From Zootoca vivipara (taxonomy: Eukaryota): a stretch of 64,000 bases of DNA. How positions within the stretch are numbered: the first letter of the stretch is position 1; each line of letters starts with the position of its first letter. The position numbers were made by a program, and so were the translations under genes. The stretch lies in assembly GCF_963506605.1 (NCBI RefSeq), contig NC_083290.1, positions 248,001-312,000 of the forward strand, given 5' to 3'. Positions 34,101 through 45,445 of this stretch are shown here, one piece after another. The notes beneath the pieces are model-generated. The model saw only the letters and a program-made list of their open reading frames with translations. It was not told the DNA's origin and made no database searches.

Positions 34101-37100
34101 GAGAAGCTGACTCATGTTCAGCCCCAGGGGCTCTGAATGCCCTCTGCCCACTTGCTCGCTCTCTGTGTGTGGAGGTCACTTTCTGTATTGGGGGGCACTT
34201 CCCCATTTTAATTCTTTCCCAACACGGAGGGTTGTATTCAGCAAAGTCAGGGGAGGAAGCAGCCCCTTCGCTGGGTGGTGGGGGGAGGAGGAGGAGGAGG
34301 AAGAAGAAGAGGAGGAGGAGGCTGCCTGGGAAGAGCTTTGCTGAGCCTCCCAGCAGTGATGTCCAATTGGCCAGGCGGGCAAGGTAGGCAGGGCTCACCC
34401 AAGTCAGTTTGGCACCGGGGGTGAAGCACAAAATGGCGCCCCCTCCCACTAGGGGCAAAGGGGTGGGGGAAGAGCTATACAGTATTAGGAACAAGGGGGG
34501 AATCAACCGGACGGTTGAAGTGGGAATCCAAGGGCACTGAATCATGCCAGGGGACCCCAGAGAGCAGCAGACTTCCTACTTGCCACAGAGGCGAGATGGG
34601 GGCGGCTACTCAGGAGGTGGCAGATCCAGCCTGCAAGGAGCGCACCACAGCCATTGTGGCCACAGAGGCAGGAGCAGGAGCAGGTGATGCCTTCCTTGGG
34701 GACTGGATCTGCTGCCACTGTGGATCCTGCCTCAGCTTGCTCATGAGGTGAGTGGTGCAAATGAGGTCATGGTCTTTTTCATGGAGGAGAAGGCTATCCA
34801 TGGTTGCTTGAGTACCAGATGCTAGAAAATACCGGAGGGGAGAGAGGGCTCTTGGGCTCAGATCCTGCTTGCAGGCTTCCTCCGGGGTTCTACTAGATGA
34901 CTCTGGAGTCTTTTCCAATTCTACCACTCTGTGATTTTCTCAAGTGCCATAGGAAAGGCAGCGGTGGCTCTCAAGGATTTTAAGGTGGGGGGATTGTTCC
35001 TAGCTCTACCTAAAGATGCCTCCTGAGGACCTTCTGCATGCCAAGCAGGTGTTCTGCCGCTGACCCACGTGGGGCCTCCTTTCCCTGTTCCAGGTGGCTC
35101 CTGGGGGCGGAGCAGGCGTCGTCCGGCTGAACAGCCGCAAGGAGGCCGGTCTCCTGGCTGCCATGACGCTCACCCGCAAGATCGTCGTCTACCTCTCAGA
35201 CACCACCCTCATGGATATCCTCCCCAAAATCAGCCAGGAGGTCCTTCTGCCTGTCCTGGGCTTCCTCACCTCGGACACCATCAGGTGATGTATTGGGATG
35301 AGAGGCTGGGGCGACAGACCCCCTCTGGCATGCAGCAGGAGGGACCAGTCCCTGGGAAGCCTCAGGCATCCCTCTCTGGCCACGAGGGTCTCTGCTCTGG
35401 AGGCGCTGGCTGGGGGAACCCAGCAGCCCCTGCTGTGCTCCCAGAGCCCTTTGGGGGGAGACTGGGTGGTGTGTGCTGGGGTGTCTCTTGGGCACCCTTC
35501 TTGACTGACACACCACCCTCCCCCTCCAGCTTCCCCAGTGGGGCCCAGGCCCGCGTCGGCTTGTGCCTCAAGACCATCAGCCTCGTGGCGCTGGTTTGCT
35601 TGCGGATCGGGTCGGAGATGGTGCAGCAGCACCTCAGCCAGACTCTCCGCATGTTCTTTGAGACATTTTCGCTGCTGGAGCAGGTGAGTTGGGAAGAGAG
35701 GGCAGGAGGTCAGGGAGCTTTTTCGGCCTCTGCTAAAGGGGGTGGAGGGAGAGAGGGAGAGAGAGTGCGAAGAACCCCTGGCTTTAGCAACACTTGAACT
35801 CGTCGCACATGGAAGTTGGGGGTGAGTGGGGTGGAAGTGGTTATGCATCAGGCCAACCCAGGAGACGTTTCTCAGGCCACAAACGTCCAGAAAGTGATCT
35901 TTCCTCTGCAGAGCCAAAATGGTCTTATTATATCTAGGGAGCCTTGGTGGCAGAGGTTGGGGAGAAACAAACAGTGGATTCCAGTTTCTACACTGCTTTC
36001 ATGGGGTCCCTTCCAACTCTACCGTTCTATGAAAAGTGCAGGCATGGGGGAAATGGCCTCTTCCAAAATGCGGTGCTGTTCTCAGGGCAGCTGTTGGGGC
36101 TGGGTGGGAATCCTCTCCTGGAGGTGGGTGCCAGCAAGGCCAAGCTCACCAGTGAGGCGGAGGTTTGTCTGTGACTGGTTCCCTTCTCCTCCTCCCCCCC
36201 CCCCAGGGCATGACACAGGAGCTGCCTGCCCTGCCGACGAGGCTGCTGCCCCCGGACCCGTCTGCTGTGCTGGAGCTGCAGAAGGTTTTCAGCCTGGAGA
36301 TGGCTTACATCACCTTTGTCCCCTTCTCCTGTCTGCTAGGTATGGTGTGTGGCCTGACTCTCCTCCCCTGCTTTCTCCCGATCCATGTCTCTCTTCTGTG
36401 CTCTTGCAGACACATGCATGCGCACACACTCTGCACCTTCTCAAATGGCTCTGGGTGTGAGTCTCGGGCAGCAGACACAGCAGCGAGTCTTGTGGCACCT
36501 TGAAGATCAGCCCAGCCTGTGCCCACCTGGTGCCCTCCAGCTGTATTGGGCTGCAGGGAGTGGGGTGGCCAAGTTGTCCAAAACATTGGGAGGTTGGCAG
36601 GCCTGAAGGCCCCTAAGGAACACCCATTCTTCCTTTTGGACCCTGGACATCTTAAGGCAGTGAGTTCCACAGGTTAATTTGCAGCAGTGTGAATAAATGC
36701 TTTCTTTTTCTAGAACTGCATGGGAGAGGGAGAAAAACGTCTCCCTGCTTCCTTTCTCCAACCTGTGCACAACTTTTATAAATCTCTCTGACTGTTTCTC
36801 TCCCTCCTTGTTAAAAACTTGACAAGCCCCAGACTCTGTTGCCTTTGCAGCTCCTTGGCCCCGTTGCGCTTGTGAGGTGAGGCCTTAGTGCTCCCTGGCC
36901 TTGCGTGTGGCCTGGATCCATCCCCAGAGCTCTTCCACCTTCCTCCCTTCTCTGCAGGTGACGTCATCCACACCCTCGTCCCCAACCATGCGCTGGTTGG
37001 GCAGCTGGCTGGCCTCTACCTGGAGAGCATCACCCCCCGAGGCCTGGCTTCCCGGAGCCAGGATGCAGCTGGGCCAGGCCCGGGTTCCTTGGAGCAAAGC

Positions 37101-40100
37101 GCCCTGGGCGCAGACCCCTCCTCTGGCCCCTGTGAGGACACGCACTCGGGGACTTTCGGGAGCGTGCTGGTGGGCAACCGGATCCAGGTCCCCAAGGAGG
37201 CCCAGCAGGAGGTCTCGGGGAGCCCCGGCAGCTTCTGCCCCATGCCGGGGCGCCGGGAGGAGGGGGATGCGCTGAAGCAGGAGCTGCACCGCAGCACCCA
37301 CCACCTCTGCGGCAACTGGCTGGCCTACTGGCAGTATGAGATCGGGGTGAGCCAGCACGATGCCCGCTTCCACTTCCACCAGATCAAGCTGCAGAGCTTT
37401 GTGGGCCACGCGGGGGCCATCAAGTGCCTGGCCCCCCTGGGCGGGGAGGATTTCTTCCTCAGCGGCAGCAAGGACAAGACGGTGCGTCTCTGGCCCCTCT
37501 ATAACCGGGGGGACGGCACCCACGAGGATGAGCCCCGCCTGACCTACGTGCAGCACAAGAAGTCCGTCTTCTACGTCGGCGCCCTGGAGGCCCCGCAGCA
37601 CGTGGTCAGCTGTGATGGCACCGTCCACATCTGGGACCCCTTCACGGGTGAGGCGGGGGGAGGGGCTTGGCTGGGCCGCAGGAGTGTGGCCCCCTGTGGC
37701 TGGGTGGTGTAGGGAAAGGGCAGCTCAGAGCCTCTTTGGCCCCTTTCACCCCATCTGAACAGGCTGTCTCTCTCCTGCAGGCAAAGTCGTCCGCACATTT
37801 GAGGCACCTGACTGCAAAGTGCCCATCACGGCAGTGAGCGCCATGCCGCCTCCCTACGGCAGCATCAGCATGGCCAGCGCCGACTCAGTGCTGCGCTTCA
37901 TCGACCACCGGAAGCCGGGACTCCAGGTACCCGAAGGGTTTGTTGCTCCTGGGGCTGCTCTAGTCGGCCGAGGTGGGGGGCATTTATTGAGAAATAATAT
38001 ATATATATATATAAGAATAATGGAGAAAACTGGGTATTGAAACTTGCTTAACCTAAATCATATATCCCAGTTTCCAGCAGCCCTTTAAAGTACGCTTCAC
38101 GCAGAGTATACGCAGTCAGAAGTTGACCTGGCTAAGAAAATACCACCAAGAGCGTAGGGAATTATCTCCCTTATATGAAACCCCTTACTAGCTGCACACT
38201 TGTAAAAGTATGCAGATGAAAATACAAACGGTTGGGTTTCTTTAACTGAAAAACAAACTGACTCTCTAAAGAGACTTAAAACTAAAGATAAATGCTTTCT
38301 CTCTTAGCAATGTTATCTACCCACTTTCCAAACCTCCCACAAAACTCCCATTAAACTACCCGAGAATTAACAGCAAACTCGCATTATAACTAAGCGACTC
38401 TCATACTAAGATTCAACTAAGGAATCTCTTAAACTGAGAACAACTGAGAGAGTGATCTACTTAGAGATAAATCAAACTGAAAGATCAAACTAAGAGATAC
38501 AGAAGGCTTTCTGGCAGAGCCTTATATACAAGGAGCAGAGCCCACGCCTGTGAGCAATTAACAGAAACACCGGCACCTGTTTCTCTTAAACAGACAGTAT
38601 TTACATTAGACCGGCTCTAAAGTAACTTGACTATTCAAAAAATCCAACAGCATTTCCCGCTCCCCATTGGGCATGACTGTGAGGAGGAGGCCATAGTCTT
38701 GGGACAGAGCATCTCCCCGCTGGAAAAGGGTCTGAGAGCAGGCGATGGTTTTCTCTTCCACAAACGCCAGGGAGCCAATACAGGCAACTCCCAATTTACG
38801 CATGTTCAAGTCAAATTGCATATATTGGAAGCACCATTGAAAAAGCCTGCCAGCCCCCTGTTCCACCCCTTTTGATGATGTTTTTGGGTCATTCCGGGCT
38901 TGGCGTGTTGCCTGTGTGTGCGGTTGCACACAGATTGAACCCATGTAAATGGGGTGTCGTTGCCTGTACTCCCAGGACTGAGCTGGATAGAGAAAGGCAG
39001 GAAGGCAGCTTAGAATAACAGCCTTGTCGAGTTCTCCAGTCCAACTCCCTGTAATGTCAGAATCACAATAGAAGCATCTCTGGCAGATGGCCAGCCAACT
39101 GGACAGGACATTAGGAAGAACCTCTTGGTGGTCAGAGCTGCTCAAAAACCTCCAGTTAAAGAGGGAGGGTGCGCCCCCTTCCAAGGGAGTCTGTCCCGCT
39201 TTCAAACAGCTCTTAGAAAGCTCTTTCTCATGTTCTGTCAGAATCTTTCTTGCCATCTGGATCTGTTGGTTCGGATCCTGCCCTCCAGAACAGCAGAAAA
39301 CAAGCTTGCACCACCGTCCATGTGGTAGCCCTTCAGAGATTGGAAGGTGGCTCTCAGGTCCCCTCTGAGTCTCTTTTCCGGGATCCCTCAGCCGCTTCCC
39401 TATGGGTTCTGTTGGGAAGGGACTGTCACTCGGAGACAAAACATCTGCTTTGCATGTACGTCTCTGGTTCGCTCCCAGGTGATGGGGCCCTGGAGAGATG
39501 CTTCTAGTCAGAGCAAGCAGCACTGGACCAGGTGGACCGAGAGTCTGGCCTGCAGCCAGGCCTGTGATGGTGGACCTGGGGGCTAAAGGGGCCTCACAAT
39601 CTGGGAGTCCTGAACTGGTGGGTGTGACCCCAAGTGACAACTTTGGGAGTTGGGAGGCACCTTCCTTGAAAGGGCTGCCACTGGGGGGCAGCGCAACCCA
39701 GCTTGCGGGCAGGAGGTTCCCAGTCCAGCCCCGCACCAGTCCCCTCACTTACAAAGGGGGCCACGTGGCAGGTACTGGGAGGGTTTCCCTTTCCCAGGGC
39801 CCTGGAGGGCCAAAAGGAGAGAGAGCCTGGCGTGGCTTTGAAGCAACTTCCCATGGTCCTCTGAGGCAGAGCAGTGGCCTTGCAGGCAGAAGGTCTCGGG
39901 TCCAACCCCTGATGGCAGCATCAGGGAAATGCTGGGAGGAAAGCCCCGCACACCTGAAACCCTGGAGAGCTGCTGCTGCCAGTCAGAGCAGGCGATACCG
40001 AGGGAGAATTGCCGCAGGTTCTGACTGGGAGTGATGCTGCTTCTGACGCCCCTCTGCCTCCCCTCCTTCTGTGCCCGCAGCATGAATTCCGCCTGGCCTG

Positions 40101-42550
40101 TGGGGCCAACGCTGGCCTTGTCCGCTGCCTGGCCGTCAGCCCCAGTGGCCGGAGCGTGGTAGCCGGCTTCTCCTCTGGCTTCATGGCCCTGCTGGACACC
40201 CGGACAGGCCTCATCCTGAAGGTGTGGCCAGCACACGAGGGAGACATCTTGCAGATCAAGGTAAGGGGCTGGGCTGGAGGGGTTCATTTGGATGCATCCC
40301 CCCCCCCGCCTCGTTCGTCTCAGAGGCGAATTCGTTTACGATTGACCTTTCAAATGCTGGCTAAAACTGGTGAGCATCCCATCGTAAGGACACAAGAAGA
40401 GAGCCCATCTAAGCCAACCACCTGTGGCCAACCAAGGTTTAAATTTTTGAAATAAAAGCCATGAATTAGGAGGTTGCAGGCACCCCAGGCGATGTCTGGA
40501 GGCACCACTGTGCCCATGGCACCACCCTGGGGGCCCCAGATTGCCTCTCCTGGTCTGCCCTAGATGCCTTTTCACTCTTGCTCAGAGACCGGCTGCCTCC
40601 CTTTCCCCACTGCTGCACCACGGACAGCTGGAGATTCCCTTCTGTGGGTCCAAGGTATCGCCTGGTGCCCTTTGGCGCTGGGCTGAGGGGTTCAGGTTAA
40701 GGGAGCACAAGGAGCCAGGCTGAGGCCTGCTCTCTGTATAGGGAAATGCTCCGCATGGGTGGGTGGGTGGGTCTCAGGAGCCCCTGCCACAAGGCCCTTG
40801 CAGCCTCAGATCCAACACAGGGGCATCATTCGCCGTAGCCTTGTCTGCTTACATGTCTCCAGTGCATTCCCAGATTGTACGCCGGAGAAACCGGGAGATC
40901 TGGTATTGCAATGTTGCACACAGACAAGCACAAAACCCTCTTGCAGTTAAGTCTCCAGCCTTCGTGATTCCAGAGAGGAGGGCGGTCACATGTGAGCAAT
41001 ACCCCGTGGAAGGCATCCGTTTGTGGAGCAGCTTGCACTGTGTGGGTGTGGAAGTGGGGTTAGGGCGTTGGGGATTTGGCCGCTTGTCCCCTCTGTTGAT
41101 CCTTCTCTCTGGGCCATTTCCGGGCTGGTGGGAGGAGAACAAAGGTCTTGTGTGCCAGAGGCGGGGAAGCCGAGTATGTGTGTGTGTGTTGGTGGTTCCT
41201 GCTTTTCCCACTCAGCGCTGGCTGGCTGCCCCTATCTGAATGGCTAACCCTTCTCCCTATTTGCCTGCTCCCTGGGCTGCCTTCTGTGGCCTTCACCCAG
41301 AGCCAAACAGCCCAGCTACTTGCTGTTCCTCCACTGATGGGAGGCCCTCGGCCACAAAGCCCCACTGGCATCCTGTGTGGCAGCAGGGCCGGCCCATCCA
41401 TTAGGCAGGCTGCCTTGGGTGGCGGGCGCTGAAGGCAGGATCCCACAGCAGGACTGGATTCCGGCAGAATGTTGCCCAAACCTCACGTGATCTTGCCGGA
41501 AACAGACGCTGCTGCAGGCAAGGGAGGCTTGGGCGGCCGCATGTTCTGGCTTTGCCTCAGGTGGCAAAATGGGATGTGCAGCCCCCTGGTCCTTTGCAAC
41601 CGATTCTGCATTGGGAGGGGTGGCCTTTGGGCAGTGAGATGCCAGAGGCCGGTTCTGGTTTTGCCCCTCTTGCTGGAGAGCACGCCGAGAACGGTGGAGA
41701 AGCTGGCACCTTTGGAGTCCCCCATGAAGCACGGTTGTGGGGCGGGTGAGCCCCCCAGTTAATGCTGGGGCTGAATACTAGCCAGGGCTCCTGCCTGGGG
41801 CGTGGGAAAGGAAATGATTTATGTCACAAAATTCATTCACCACTTGATTGTTAATAAAGAAAGGAAAATCAAGAAAAATCTGCAAGTTCTTTAAAATATA
41901 CAAAAACTTAAAATACTAAAACAGATTAGGTTGAGTTTTGAGCAAATGTGGGACATGTGTTATATGTGGCAATGTCCAGTTGTGGCAATGGAAGAAGTCG
42001 AGAGGGCATATGGAGGGTAAGGCGATCTTGTAGGGTAAGGAAGAGTGCCTTGAGGCATGTGCGAAGTGCCTTTCCCCCGCCACTTTGTAACCACACTTCC
42101 TCCCCAAAGCAGGATTCAGTGGCGGGGTTAGGGACATCTAAGGACTGCTGCCCCCCCACATTCTGGGTGGGGTTCCTGGGTTTGGGCCGAGATGCCCCCG
42201 AGGTGACGGTGACGTTTCCCCCACAGGCCACGGAGGGCAATGTGCTGATCTCCTCCTCCTCCGACCACTCCCTGGCCATCTGGAAGGAGCTGGAGCCGAA
42301 GCCCTTGCAGACCTACAAGCCGGCCTCCTCGGAGCCCATCCACACCTTCGACCTCTATGGCAACGAGGTGGTGGCTGGGACCGTGGCCAACAGGATCAGC
42401 GTCTACGCCCTGCAGGAGGCGCTGCCCCCCAGTGTCACCAAGCTCAGCTCCGAGAACTTCCGGGGCACCCTCACCAGCCTGGCTGTCCTGCCCACCAAGT
42501 GCCAGCTCCTGCTGGGCTCTGACAACGGCACCGTCCGGCTCCTGGCGTAG
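28153..42550 (+). CDS. WDR81: WD repeat-containing protein 81 (BEACH + WD40, endolysosomal), 1919 aa
   Basis: Coding exons 28153-31795, 32411-32518, 33131-33321, 35094-35284, 35530-35683, 36207-36339, 36958-37647, 37781-37926, 40081-40260, 42227-42550. Total 5760 nt, phases consistent. BEACH motifs ([46 protein letters not shown]), acidic central tract, WD40 repeats (GHAGAIKCL...[11 protein letters not shown]), C-terminus [14 protein letters not shown]. Confidence 0.97.
31908..32199. mobile_element. Non-autonomous hAT DNA transposon
   Basis: Perfect 8-bp TSD GTTTAGAG (31900-31907, 32200-32207), imperfect CAGG...CCTG TIRs, subterminal GTAGATC repeats. Confidence 0.85.
37988..38605 (-). mobile_element. 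Putative solo LTR
   Basis: 618-bp AT-rich island in a GC-rich intron with TG...CA termini and imperfect TIRs (TGAGAAATA/TATTTACA). TATATAA on the minus strand at 38522-38528. The TSD is imperfect (ttat/ttag). Confidence 0.5.
38781..38966. mobile_element. Tc1/mariner (Tigger/pogo-type) MITE
   Basis: TA|CAGGCAAC...GTTGCCTG|TA termini with a TA duplication. Confidence 0.65.
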
Positions 42551-43496
42551 CCCCGGCTCCAGTGACACGCGTCTCTCCTCCCTTCTGGGGACAGGGGCAG
42601 AGCCACTGGCCAAGAGCCCCTTTGCGGGGGGACTGGGTGAGAGAGGGGGCAGGGGGCTTCTAGGAGACCTCCGTGCCCGCTTTGACTCTCTGCAAGCAGG
42701 CTGCTGGGCAGCCAGAGGCCCCAACCCTCTCATCACCGTATGTGCCTGACACTCTGGGAAGTGGGGGTGGGCGTTCCCTGAGGAACCCACGGAGGGTTGC
42801 ACTCTTCCACCTCCCCTCTCCAACGCAGCATTCCTGTTTCGATGGGGGGGGCACTTCCTCTGCTGTGTTTTGTGTGTGTGCTGCACAAGACTTCTTCTGT
42901 CCTTCTGGCTCCCCCCACCCATCCCATATGCGTCTCCTCCCCACACCCCGCAAGAGCTGGCCTCCATGCAAAGAGAAAAGGCTTTGCATCCCCCGGGCAC
43001 CGAGGGCTCCTCCAGTTGGACTGTGGAGAGTGCCTTCTCTCCGCCCTGTGGAGAATGGCCCTCCTGTGGTGCTTGGCTTGACCCTGGAACCCTCGGAACC
43101 TCCTCCTCCTCCTCCTCTGCGAAGGGGGCAGCCTCTTTCCTGGCTGACCAGCCCTTGGAGATGCCCTTGGCACCCACTTCTCCAGTCTCCCTGTCTCTGC
43201 TCAATCCCAGTGAGGATGCACACACACACACACAGAGATGCAGTGGTCCAACTGCCCTGCCATCTTGAGCACTTGGTGGCTACTGTGCCACGTTCTGGCT
43301 CGCTCTGCCTGTCCTCCTGGAATGATTTTTTCCCTGGGGTGGGAGTGGCAGGGAGGCAGCTTGTGGGAAAACCCCCCACCCAGGCAAGGGTCAGCACACC
43401 TGTGCAAGTGCTTGCCCCCTTTTCCTGGGGGGCGGGGAGCAGACCCCCCCTTGCTGATTAACTGATTGCAATAGATTATATATATATACATATTCT

Positions 43497-43502
43497 AATA
43501 AA
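43497..43502 (+). terminator. WDR81 polyadenylation signal
   Basis: AATAAA ~950 nt after the stop codon, followed by a T/GT-rich downstream element (~43525-43545). Confidence 0.7.
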
Positions 43503-45445
43503 CACCCTGGAGCTCGCAATTGCCTTTTCTCTCTATGTGTGTGTCATGAATTTGGTGTCCCTCTGCTGCTTCCTTCTCCCCCTCACAGACCACCTCCTCC
43601 GTAAGGGACAACAGGGCGCCACAAAAGGGCCAAGATGTTCCAAAACTTTCTGTAGTTAATCTGTGCCAGATAGTGAGATAGTCTGGCTATTTATTTATTT
43701 AGTAAACGTATGTCCAGCCCCTTGCAAGAAACAAACACGCCGCATAGTCAAGGTTATGAGTGCGCTCTAGGCAAGGCAAAGCTGCAATTCCTGACTTTCA
43801 GGGGGTTGGACTAGATGACCCTTGGGGGCCGCTTCCAACTCTACAGTTCCATGAAGTTGATTTCAAAGGAGGCCTAGAAAGGCCAAGCAGCTTCCAGCCA
43901 AGCAGGGAGGAATGATTAAGGTAGCATTCAGCTAAGTTTTGCAGGGAGTACACCTACTGGAAATCCTTGAACTTCACTTTGGCATGTTCCTTAATTTCTC
44001 CTAAGGCAGGCTGTTTGTTCAGCTGCCGCCGCCTGACCCAGCTCTTGTATTCAAGGTGGGGGGGGGAGTGCATGTCCCTTTTGCACGCAGAGTTTCGAGA
44101 GTCGTTTCCCCCTTTCTTGCTGCTCCTGCTGCCCGCTCCCCAGATGCCTAAGCTTTGGCCAGGATCCAGCGGGCGGGTGCTTGAGGGCTCGGTAGTCCCA
44201 GCTGGGCCGTTGCTCGCCTCTGCACGGAGGCTGCAGCTAGGCTCGGGGTGCAAAGTGCCCCCGTTCTTGCCCTCTAAGAGGACCCCCCACCCCAAACACA
44301 CGTCGGGCAGCAGGCGGGGAGGCGGCTCGGTCCTGTTGCTCAGGTTCCTTCCTACGCCGCCACACAGTTCCCGGAGAAATGTTTAACCAGATGCAGAAAA
44401 AGTCAATATTTGCCCACGGAGGGTGGTGAAGTAGTGGGGAAGGGGGAGAGATTCCACAAGTAGGCGTTGCTCCTGCACTTGGTCCCTGGCGAAACTTGGG
44501 GGCCACTTCTGCAACCCCCCCCCCTCCACGAAGCCGGCAGTGGCGGCGGCGGCGGCAGGAGAGAGGTGCAAGGAAGAGCCCCGTGCAGGACCAACGTGAG
44601 ATGGGGGGGGGGGCTTGAGCTGGGGGGGGGGGGAAGAGGGGAGCCAGAGCTTCGAATCCTTGCGCAATGGGCCGTTTGGGTTCCTCTGAGCGAAGAGAGA
44701 GACTGCTTCGCTAAGCGGGGCTTGGGGGGGATCTCCTGGCTCTGCTTTCCTGGTTTTTCTTAATTTAATTGCATTTCATATCCCACCAAGGAGCTCAAGG
44801 CGGCATGTCCAATTATCCCCCTCCTCATTTAATGCCCACGACAACCCTGCGAGGTAGGCTAGGCCGAGAGGCAAGAGTGACTGCCCCCAGGCTCACAGCC
44901 CGTGGGAGCTTCAGGGCTGAGCTGCGGGATCTGAACCCGGGTCTCTCCCGAGGTCCGACACTGACTCACTACGCTACCCACGGCTTCTGTGGCCGTGAAA
45001 GGGAAAGAGCGCGCGCCTTCACGCACCCACGCACCAGCTTGAGCTTCCAGCACCCACCCCTGACCTTTCTCTCGGCCTGCAGCGGGGGGGGGGGGCTCAG
45101 CCTCCTCCTCTCCCCTCCCTTGCGCTCAGGAAGCGCTAAGGAACCGAGCGAGTCCCTGAAGATCTTCCTTTCAAAAAGCAACAGGCAACCACCAAAGTGC
45201 TAACTCCAAGGGACGCGGGGTGAAATTTAAATGTCTGCAGCCCTCAGTCTAGAAGAGGGTGATGGCAGAAGGGAGGCTTGCCAGGGGATGGCTCAAGGGA
45301 GATCTCCTTTTGGGGGGGGCGCCAGGGGATGGCTCAAGGGAAAGCGTCTCTCGGGTCTGTCTTGAAGGGGGGACGGGACCCCGAAGCAACTCTAGGCATC
45401 ACTTATCCGCCCATCTCTGGCAGATTTCCTCCCCTCTGTTAAAAG

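Noticed and set aside
38606-39748. 380-aa minus-strand ORF in a WDR81 intron
   Set aside because: Runs across a MITE and scrambled CR1 fragments; no recognisable domain, so probably a chance open frame.
42128-43461. 367-, 262- and 245-aa ORFs
   Set aside because: They overlap the WDR81 last exon and 3' UTR; low complexity and no homology signal.
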